From: a plasmid
Length of the DNA: 5,179 nt
Sequence record: NZ_CP072337.1
Direction: 5' to 3' (one strand)
The translations under genes and the position numbers were made by a program. Position 1 is the first letter of the stretch. Each line of letters starts with the position of its first letter. Shown one piece after another: positions 1-5,179 of this stretch. Under the pieces are notes generated by a model, which ran no database searches, was not told the origin of the DNA, and worked only from the letters and a program-made list of their open reading frames with translations.

Positions 1-564
1 ACAACCTATTCTGTAAGTTCGTTGGGACAAATAAAGTTAGGCGGTAAAATAGGATATAGCCATACCAATACAGCAAAAGTAATAGGGGGAAGAGGATATG
101 ACGGTCTTATTTATGGCTTAACATCTTCGTTTCCTATTTATAAAAGTTTGAGAGTTAATAGTGATGTTCTCTTAGAAGGAAGAGGGTATGTTATAGATAA
201 AGGAATATATGACACTGCAAATCTAACATATAAAGATTGTAAAGTTACATTCAAATATATTGATATACCAGTGCTATTGGAAACCGATGTTAATAATTTC
301 TTATCCATAGAATTTGGTCCGTATATAGGAATGCAAGTTGGAAGAAATTTGTTTTATGACAACGAAAAACAGGACAAAGACTTATTAGGGAAAAAACAAT
401 TTTTTGATATGGGATTTCTTGCAGGTATGAAAGGGGAATACAAAGGTGTTTTTTTAGAAATTTTATATCAATATGGTCTTTCTCAGGCGTTTAAGGATGT
501 AAATGATTTTAAAACTAAAGGCGTGTGTATAAATTTTGGGTATATGTTTAATTTAAAAAAATAA
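1..564 (+). CDS. Outer-membrane beta-barrel protein, PorT/OmpA-like beta-barrel family. It is 5'-partial: the frame is open back to the window edge and no signal peptide is visible.
   Basis: ORF 22..564 is reported with a TTG start, but codons 1-21 are in frame with no stop. Amphipathic beta-strand patterns alternate through the protein (KVTFKYIDIPVLLE, FLSIEFGPYIGMQVG, GVFLEILYQYGL, GVCINFGYMF), typical of small Bacteroidetes OM barrels. AT-rich codon usage. Confidence 0.5.
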   Translation, partial: TTYSVSSLGQIKLGGKIGYSHTNTAKVIGGRGYDGLIYGLTSSFPIYKSLRVNSDVLLEGRGYVIDKGIYDTANLTYKDCKVTFKYIDIPVLLETDVNNFLSIEFGPYIGMQVGRNLFYDNEKQDKDLLGKKQFFDMGFLAGMKGEYKGVFLEILYQYGLSQAFKDVNDFKTKGVCINFGYMFNLKK

Positions 565-566
565 GT

Positions 567-1217
567 ATGAAACATTGGTTTATTTTTCTGAGTACGATGG
601 CGATATTTATGTTTTCGTCATGTAGTAATGACGAATCTGATTTGCAATCTGCGACATCTATAAAGGATGTTCCAATGAAGCTTTCTGGAACATTGACACC
701 AGAAAATCCAGTACAGACAGTAAAAGTAGGTAATCGTTATGTTACTCTGTTGTTAGAAAATAGTGAACAATTAGCAGAAGGAACAAGAGCCATAGTCCCT
801 ATTGAGGATCCTCGTCCTAAACCTGGTGAAATAGGTCCGTTTTATGCACAGGGAACTCCTAAAAAAATGGTTGGAAAAGAGTTTAAAAATAGAAAAGTCT
901 TTATACCGAATACTTTTGGAGTTCCAACAGGCGTGTACTTTGGAGATGTTTGGGAAACGGCAGGTATTATAAGACTCCCAGATAATGCCTATATTGCAAG
1001 AGTAGCATTTCCTAGGCCTTCAGGGTTTAAAAATTATAAAACTTTAGTTCCTGGTGTTAGTTGGAAGTTAGATACAGAAGAAGGTGATAAAATTTCTGTA
1101 GAATGGTCTTTTTATACCTTTGTGCTGAATTTCAATGCTGCAGGAATGCGTATTAATGAAGTGGTTCCTATTGATGGTAAAAAAGTTAGAATTCCATATT
1201 TCTATAAAGTAGATTAA
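567..1217 (+). CDS. Lipoprotein of unknown function, probably surface-exposed, co-transcribed with the upstream OM barrel gene.
   Basis: The N-terminus MKHWFIFLSTMAIFMFSSC is a SPII-type signal with a lipobox Cys. The acidic stretch after the Cys (SNDESD) resembles the Bacteroidetes lipoprotein export signal. The start lies 2 bp after the stop of the upstream gene. No recognisable catalytic motif. Confidence 0.55.
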   Translation: MKHWFIFLSTMAIFMFSSCSNDESDLQSATSIKDVPMKLSGTLTPENPVQTVKVGNRYVTLLLENSEQLAEGTRAIVPIEDPRPKPGEIGPFYAQGTPKKMVGKEFKNRKVFIPNTFGVPTGVYFGDVWETAGIIRLPDNAYIARVAFPRPSGFKNYKTLVPGVSWKLDTEEGDKISVEWSFYTFVLNFNAAGMRINEVVPIDGKKVRIPYFYKVD

Positions 1218-1317
1218 TATAGAATCGACATATTACAGTTAAAGACCGCATCATTTACAATATTCACGAGAATTTAGTGTTCGTTTATCACATCGGGGTT
1301 GAGGGGTATTACAACGA

Positions 1318-1347
1318 CAAGTAGGGCTATCTTTTAAGACCCCTACT
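1318..1347. terminator. Bidirectional stem-loop between convergent genes (aagtaggg ... ccctactt).
   Basis: An 8-bp perfect inverted repeat with a 14-nt loop sits between the end of the lipoprotein gene (+) and the relaxase stop (-), overlapping the relaxase stop codon. The U-tracts are weak. Confidence 0.3.
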
Positions 1348-2697
1348 TTGTCGCTGTCGTTCTTCACATATTACTCCGTTGGCAATGTTTCTCAATTCTC
1401 TTTCCGCCTGGTTCCACTTCGAGCTGTATTGATATTGCCCTATTATACCACATCCATAATAGGCAGCGTCTTTAAGCTTCTCTGCTGCATCTGCATCGCC
1501 CTGCATAACGAAAGACAGCAGGCGCCTGTCCTCCGCATCAAAGTGTCCGTTGATGTGCCTTACATAGCTGCGGATTGCGTTGATGCATCTTTCTATGACA
1601 GGAATGCTTTGGAATTTCTCTATATCTGCTCTGTATTTCTGTGCATCTGCTGCCTGCTCTTTAGCTTTTTTGAGTTGGGCCTGTAGATTATAAACTTCCC
1701 CATAAGCTTTTGAAAATCCCTCTTGGTAGGCTTTTTCTATCTTCTGCGTGGCATTCCCCAGCTGTCCGATATGCTCTGATTTGAGGTTGAATAATTCTTT
1801 TTTCTGGGCGTTTATTTGCGTTTTAAGGGCTTTTATCTGTTTATCCTTGGAACTCTGTTCAAAAAGCCCTTTAACGCCCTCATAAACGTTTATAATAGCT
1901 TCCTTGGCTGCCTTTTTGGTGTTATAGACTTTCAAATCTTCCTCCTGCCGTTCCTTTATCCGTTTGCGTTCTTCCTCCTCTTCCTGGTTCTGTTGTTGTA
2001 TCTGTTTGAGCATCGTGTTTGCTTCATAGACTGCTTGCCAGCGCATTGAGACCTTTGCTTCCAGCTCTTTCACACGCTGCTCTTGGCTGTATATTCTCTG
2101 TTCCATTGCGCTGCGGTGTCTTCTTCCAGTTTCTGAAGCTTTGTTTCCTCGCTCCATTCCGGTGGCTTCCGCAAGTATATCCTGCATCTTTGACAGCTTC
2201 TTTCTGTCTGCCCGGATTGCTTTTCCAGTGTTCAGATCTTGACAGCTGAACAATACGTGTGCGTGATGATTGATTTCAAAGCCTTCTTCTCCCTCGATGT
2301 ACTTTGATTTTGCGTGTCCCTCGTCCTCGTGCAGGTATATTCCGATAACTTTCCATTTCGTTTCTTGCTCGACCTTAGTCTTGAAATCGAGAAGCTGTGC
2401 ATCTGTTATCCCCTCCTTGAGGTGTAGGCAAGCTTCACGGAAAGGGGCAAAGGATTTTTGACACTTCTGCCCTGTCTTTTCGGTGTAGAGTTTTTCTGCA
2501 GCGTGAATAAGTGGAACGATCGATTTTCGTCCTTTGATAATATCATCTTCAAAGATGATTCTATTTAAGTGTGACCGATTTTGGTTTACATAACTTGGCA
2601 CTTTCTCGGTGCTGTTGTCACGTCGATTATGAGCAAGGCAGTTTGCCTTTGCGGTTTGAGTGTTTGAACTACATGCACCTTTTTTGCTTCCTTTCAT
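1327..2697 (-). CDS. mob: Plasmid mobilization relaxase, MOBV / Mob_Pre-like, with a C-terminal coiled-coil region.
   Basis: N-terminal motif LAHNRRD (motif I, HxxR-like). His-rich motif IYLHEDEGH...EINHHAHVLF (HxDE...HxH metal-binding motif III of MOBV relaxases). The long Glu/Lys/Gln-rich C-terminal half (EEEEERKRIKERQEED...) matches the coiled-coil tail of Mob_Pre proteins. GC content is noticeably higher than in the neighbouring genes. Confidence 0.8.
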   Translation of the reverse strand: MKGSKKGACSSNTQTAKANCLAHNRRDNSTEKVPSYVNQNRSHLNRIIFEDDIIKGRKSIVPLIHAAEKLYTEKTGQKCQKSFAPFREACLHLKEGITDAQLLDFKTKVEQETKWKVIGIYLHEDEGHAKSKYIEGEEGFEINHHAHVLFSCQDLNTGKAIRADRKKLSKMQDILAEATGMERGNKASETGRRHRSAMEQRIYSQEQRVKELEAKVSMRWQAVYEANTMLKQIQQQNQEEEEERKRIKERQEEDLKVYNTKKAAKEAIINVYEGVKGLFEQSSKDKQIKALKTQINAQKKELFNLKSEHIGQLGNATQKIEKAYQEGFSKAYGEVYNLQAQLKKAKEQAADAQKYRADIEKFQSIPVIERCINAIRSYVRHINGHFDAEDRRLLSFVMQGDADAAEKLKDAAYYGCGIIGQYQYSSKWNQAERELRNIANGVICEERQRQSRGLKR

Positions 2698-2737
2698 TGG
2701 GGTAATTTTTTTTTGGGGGGGGTAAATGGGGGGAGGT
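2698..2737. repeat. Cluster of homopolymer tracts (G4, T9, G8, G6) immediately 5' of the relaxase start codon.
   Basis: Direct read of ggggtaatttttttttggggggggtaaatggggggagg, abutting the mob ATG (revcomp cat at 2695-2697). Confidence 0.9.
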
Positions 2738-2761
2738 CAAGGAGGGGTTTACCCCTCCTTG
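2738..2761. promoter_or_regulatory. Perfect palindrome caaggaggggt-tt-acccctccttg, 41 bp upstream of mob. Candidate oriT inverted repeat, with an adjacent GTGTG motif on the mob strand.
   Basis: Arms of 10-11 bp with a 2-4 nt loop. On the minus strand it is immediately preceded by ctgtgtgc (plus 2762-2769, gcacacag). MOBV oriTs carry an IR next to a GTGTG-type nick sequence. Position relative to mob fits oriT. Confidence 0.4.
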
Positions 2762-2763
2762 CA

Positions 2764-3075
2764 CACAGCACTTTTAGAAGATTTTGCGTACAAAATCATA
2801 TAAAGGTGCTCGTGTGCGTTTTTCTCTGCATATTTGCTTGGGGCAAATATACATCGAAAAACCGAAACCGCCAAACGAATGGGTGTCTTTTTTGGATGTG
2901 TTTTGCTAATGAGTGCGGGCGAATAGAAGGGGGTATAGGGGGCAGCATAGCCCCCATAGCGATAGCACCATGAAACGGAGTGGTTAGATGTGCGCCCTGT
3001 GGTGTGGAGGAACGGAACACCCTGCGCACGAGTGGAGAGAGCGAAGCGGAAACGGAACGACCCCATATTATACCA
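2764..3075. other. GC-rich, highly structured non-coding island. Candidate structured RNA or oriT-accessory DNA.
   Basis: No credible ORF: the three overlapping ORFs here have nonsense-like composition. Stem-loops found: gggggc-agcata-gccccc at 2938-2955, and a nested stem gtgcgc/gcgcac (2990-2995 / 3024-3029) enclosing ggtgt/acacc (3001-3005 / 3017-3021). Short direct repeats aacggaac occur at 3012-3019 and 3051-3058. The GC-island composition is very unlike the AT-rich stretch 3090-3260 that follows. Confidence 0.3.
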
Positions 3076-3260
3076 ATGAAAGCACTTTAGCAAAGTTGAA
3101 TCTATTTATTATTATCAGAGATAAATAAATAAAAGATTTTAAATTATGCTTATAATTATAGTATTATCATTACCTGCCTTTAATTGGCTGGCTGTTTTAA
3201 GTCAAATTGCGACAATATATGTTGCTATTATGGAGTTTAGGAGAAATTCTTAATCCTTTA

Positions 3261-3288
3261 AAAGGAGGGGTAATTTTACCCCTCCTTT
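3261..3288. terminator. Perfect palindrome aaaggaggggtaa-tt-ttacccctccttt. Likely a rho-independent terminator for the rep operon, and possibly bidirectional.
   Basis: A 13-bp stem with a T-run on both sides (ttttaaagg on the minus side, tctttcgcttttg on the plus side). It sits just downstream of the 30-aa peptide stop on the minus strand. Its core aaggagggg...cccctcctt is shared with the 2738-2761 palindrome. Confidence 0.5.
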
Positions 3289-3315
3289 CTTTCGCTTTTG
3301 CCATTCTATATGTTC

Positions 3316-3408
3316 TTAGTTTTCCTTTTTGTCTTGGAGATAGAAGTAAATACCGCCAATGTTTGCAATTGCAATGACGAAAAGCATCATTAAAACACCT
3401 GCGTTCAT
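3316..3408 (-). CDS. Unannotated 30-aa hydrophobic peptide (MNAGVLMMLFVIAIANIGGIYFYLQDKKEN), translationally coupled to the rep stop.
   Basis: Manual translation of the minus strand. The ATG at 3408-3406 lies 2 nt after the rep TAG (tagATatg). A single predicted TM helix is followed by a charged tail (DKKEN). The ORF ends 25 nt before the terminator hairpin. It is below the length cutoff of the ORF track. Confidence 0.35.
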   Translation of the reverse strand: MNAGVLMMLFVIAIANIGGIYFYLQDKKEN

Positions 3409-3410
3409 AT

Positions 3411-4394
3411 CTATCTGATATTAAATTCGTCACGGAGGATTTTCCGAAGCGTGTTCTTTACGTGCTGCGTGGTCATATTTCCTGCTGTTATTTGGTCATC
3501 GTAGTATATGCACTTATTAAAGAACATTTCGCACTTGTCCGAAGATATAATCTTATCAGTGGTCGTTATAGTCTTGTTATCTGTCGGATGGTCAAAGGCT
3601 ATATCTACCCACCGTCTTATGGTTTCATTACGTCTGAATTGGTCTGTTCCTTGTGTGGCAGCTGTGGTTTTTATCTTAAATACGATAGTGTCGGCTTTTG
3701 GTTTTCTGCCGTTGTCCTGCTTGTATTTCGTTATCAGTTCATAGTCAAACCATACGTCTGAATTGCTTTCCTTGATACGCTTCATAGCTGGCTCTAATAT
3801 CTTTTTCCCAATCAGATAATTAGAATAAGAACTACTGATATTAAAGTCCTTTCGGAACGCTTCTATCGGGTACTCGTAGCGTGTCTTATCCTTGTATGCA
3901 CTTATCATTTTGTAGATGCGCTTTGTCATATTTCCACGCAAGGTTAGTGCTACGTTCTTACGAAATAGTCCACCCCCCGACCCCTCTCCATAGTAGAGTA
4001 GGAACGGAATTGCCCATTTATTGAAAGTTATGGTTAGATTGTTGCTGTCCTCGACATTGTGTATTGTTGTTATAATGGTTCCTGTCGATGTTACCCACTT
4101 ATCCCCCTTTCCTTTCCAACGAAATGAAAATAATTTGGGTATCAGTTCCTTTGCAGCTTGTATAACTTTGTTTTTGTTGTTTGTCCCCCCTGCTTCATCG
4201 CATTTTATGATGACATAAGGCTCTCCGAAAAGGTCTGTATTTAACGGCTTTTCCTTTGTCATATGCTTCTGTAGGGACTCTGTTATAAGTGTGAGAATAT
4301 TCTCCTGCCTTTCGGATATATCGTACTGACCAAAGGTCACAGACTTTGGTTGTAGTAGTAGTAAATCGTTGATATTTGGGTCTTTCTCCTGCAT
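3411..4394 (-). CDS. rep: Rep_3-family (iteron-binding, theta-type) plasmid replication initiator protein.
   Basis: N-terminal region KSVTFGQYDISERQENILTLITESLQ matches the conserved Rep_3 / 'initiator replication protein' N-terminal motif (Q/N-x-Y-x-L-S-x-x-E-x-R-L-I-L). Length of 327 aa is typical. Tandem iterons lie upstream, and the start is coupled to the upstream small ORF (taaAGatg). Confidence 0.8.
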   Translation of the reverse strand: MQEKDPNINDLLLLQPKSVTFGQYDISERQENILTLITESLQKHMTKEKPLNTDLFGEPYVIIKCDEAGGTNNKNKVIQAAKELIPKLFSFRWKGKGDKWVTSTGTIITTIHNVEDSNNLTITFNKWAIPFLLYYGEGSGGGLFRKNVALTLRGNMTKRIYKMISAYKDKTRYEYPIEAFRKDFNISSSYSNYLIGKKILEPAMKRIKESNSDVWFDYELITKYKQDNGRKPKADTIVFKIKTTAATQGTDQFRRNETIRRWVDIAFDHPTDNKTITTTDKIISSDKCEMFFNKCIYYDDQITAGNMTTQHVKNTLRKILRDEFNIR

Positions 4395-4396
4395 AG

Positions 4397-4591
4397 TTAC
4401 TGATTTGTTACTTCTTGGTTTAGCTTTTCGAGTTTTTGGCAGACTTCTGAAAGAGTAGCGTTTATCTCATCAATGTTACGTGTTGCCAACTCCTCCAAAT
4501 CTTGCTTGTAGTTTACGTTCTTGCTGATATGCGCAAGAAGTGTTTGAACTTCTGCAGCTTTAAGCTGTGCTTCAAATAATCTTTTGTCCAT
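4397..4591 (-). CDS. Small all-helical coiled-coil protein, 64 aa from the ATG at 4591 (the ORF track extends it to 73 aa using TTG at 4618). It is the first gene of the rep operon and its function is unknown.
   Basis: Heptad-like EELATRNIDEINATLSEVCQKLEKLNQEV. No N-terminal ribbon-helix-helix pattern. The predicted promoter puts the transcription start near 4610, which favours the ATG at 4591 over the TTG at 4618. The stop lies 2 nt before the rep ATG. Confidence 0.55.
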   Translation of the reverse strand: MDKRLFEAQLKAAEVQTLLAHISKNVNYKQDLEELATRNIDEINATLSEVCQKLEKLNQEVTNQ

Positions 4592-4609
4592 TGCCTTGAT
4601 TGTTGGTTT

Positions 4610-4650
4610 ATATTGCAAAGATACAGAAAATAAAGATACAAACCAAACGA
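4610..4650 (-). promoter_or_regulatory. Bacteroides-type promoter for the rep operon: -7 TAtcTTTG (plus caaagata, 4617-4624) and -33 TTTG (plus caaa, 4644-4647). Inverted half-iteron operator sites overlap it.
   Basis: Matches the Bacteroides sigma-A consensus TTTG / TAnnTTTG, with 19 nt between the TTTG (4644-4647) and the -7 box (4617-4624). aagatacag (4619-4627) and aagatacaaa (4633-4642) are reverse complements of the iteron core ttgtatctt. This fits Rep autorepression. Confidence 0.4.
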
Positions 4651-4672
4651 AATATATTTTTTTAAAGTTCTT

Positions 4673-4765
4673 TTTAGTCGTTTTGTATCTTTCCCCCCCC
4701 TATTTCTTTAGTCGTTTTGTATCTTTTCCCCCCTATTTCTTTAGTCGTTTTGTATCTTTTCCCCC
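4673..4765. repeat. Iterons: 2.8 tandem copies of a 33-34-bp direct repeat tttagtcgttttgtatcttt(t)C5-8tatttc. This is the Rep-binding replication origin.
   Basis: Copies at 4673-4706, 4707-4739 and 4740-4765. They differ only in the length of the C-tract (C8, C6, C5). They sit directly upstream of the rep operon promoter and are flanked by AT-rich DNA. Confidence 0.8.
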
Positions 4766-4787
4766 TCGCGCATTATGCGCGCGCGTG
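4766..4787. repeat. GC palindrome cgcgca-tta-tgcgcg followed by an alternating (CG)4-5 tract, at the iteron boundary.
   Basis: Direct read of tcgcgcattatgcgcgcgcgtg. A sharp GC island in an AT-rich origin region. Confidence 0.7.
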
Positions 4788-4838
4788 ATACAAGAATATT
4801 CTAACAATATAATTTCTAACAAGGCGAAAATTTTTAGT

Positions 4839-4872
4839 CGGGTGGTAGCCCGATTAAAAATTAAGCGTTGTT
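4839..4872. repeat. Imperfect 14-bp-arm palindrome aatttttagtcggg-tggtag-cccgattaaaaatt, containing the iteron start motif tttagtcg.
   Basis: One mismatch between the arms. The left arm repeats the first 8 nt of the iterons. Candidate extra Rep or host-factor site in the origin. Confidence 0.5.
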
Positions 4873-5179
4873 AGAAGTGAACAAAAAGGTGAAAGAATGA
4901 AAGACCCCCTTGGGGGATGGGGGAAACAAAGGAATAACGTTTTATACGTTGTAAATATTTTTTACTTTAATACATTTTTAACCTCTATTAGTTTCTATGT
5001 CGATAATAAATCTTATCTTTGTGGCATGAAAAAAATAGCATTGAAGAAGCTGAAAAAAAGTAGGGTAATATCTATTCGCAATCTGAAAGTTATTCTTCTA
5101 CCTCGAGAAGTAATATAAAATAAATTATCTATTTTCTATTATGAATCTTAAATATAGAATTGTATTTTTTTTGTTTGCT

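Larger units (their letters stand above)
1218..5179. mobile_element. Backbone of a mobilizable plasmid-like replicon: mob, candidate oriT region, the rep operon, and an iteron origin.
   Basis: A relaxase and an iteron/Rep_3 module lie on the same strand with no host housekeeping genes. The mob gene's composition differs from its neighbours. Confidence 0.5.

Noticed and set aside
1348-2461. Plus-strand ORFs at 1348..1686, 1816..2049, 2019..2249 and 2270..2461, all antisense to the relaxase gene
   Set aside because: They lie entirely inside the well-supported minus-strand relaxase CDS. Their composition is low-complexity, Leu/Phe/Cys-rich nonsense typical of the antisense frames of a Glu/Lys-rich gene.
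2713-3093. ORFs 2713..2973 (+), 2749..3093 (-) and 2796..3029 (-) in the GC-rich island
   Set aside because: All three overlap one another. Their composition is Gly/Arg/Pro/Cys-rich and non-protein-like. They run through perfect palindromes and stem-loops. Open frames are expected by chance in a GC-rich segment of an AT-rich genome, so the region is treated as non-coding and structured.
3197-3433. 78-aa minus-strand ORF overlapping the end of rep and running through the terminator palindrome
   Set aside because: It overlaps the 3' end of rep in another frame, reads through the 13-bp-stem hairpin, and is extremely basic and low-complexity. The rep-coupled 30-aa peptide frame is more plausible.
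3462-4218. Plus-strand ORFs 3462..3761, 3508..3744 and 4021..4218 inside rep
   Set aside because: They are antisense to the Rep_3 CDS. Their hydrophobic, low-complexity translations are typical of the antisense strand of AT-rich genes.
4673-4765. Possible CRISPR array
   Set aside because: The repeats are contiguous with no intervening unique spacers, there are only about 2.8 copies, and they lie directly upstream of a Rep_3 gene. They are iterons, not CRISPR repeats.
4584-4874. 96-aa plus-strand ORF spanning the iterons
   Set aside because: Its translation contains the iteron repeated as peptide repeats (FFSRFVSFPPYFFSRFVSFPP). The ORF is an artefact of the tandem DNA repeats in the origin.
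4600-4900. DnaA boxes in the origin
   Set aside because: A search by eye for TTATCCACA or TGTGGATAA and close variants found no convincing match. Not called.
4897-5118. 73-aa plus-strand ORF, plus an internal 30-aa MKKIALKKLKK... frame beyond the origin
   Set aside because: Composition is very AT-rich and low-complexity, there is no recognisable promoter geometry (the tatctttg at 5016-5023 is too close to the internal ATG), and the window ends shortly after. Neither possible start can be supported.

Overview
AT-rich window in Bacteroidetes style (Bacteroides/Prevotella-like codon usage, no Shine-Dalgarno sequences), apparently part of a small mobilizable plasmid or a mobilizable element with a plasmid-type replicon. 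Left to right it contains: (i) a 5'-truncated outer-membrane beta-barrel gene tightly coupled to a lipoprotein gene, probably cargo; (ii) a convergent hairpin; (iii) a minus-strand MOBV/Mob_Pre-type relaxase gene, clearly more GC-rich than the rest; (iv) a roughly 600-bp non-coding stretch bracketed by two near-identical perfect palindromes and containing a GC-rich, highly structured island, taken here as candidate oriT and/or ncRNA; (v) a minus-strand replication operon made of a small coiled-coil ORF, a Rep_3-family initiator, and an unannotated 30-aa hydrophobic peptide coupled to the rep stop codon; (vi) a theta-type origin with three tandem 33-34-bp iterons, inverted half-iterons overlapping a Bacteroides-type promoter, a (CG)n palindrome and an AT-rich flank. 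All calls are from reading the sequence and from family knowledge; no database search was possible.
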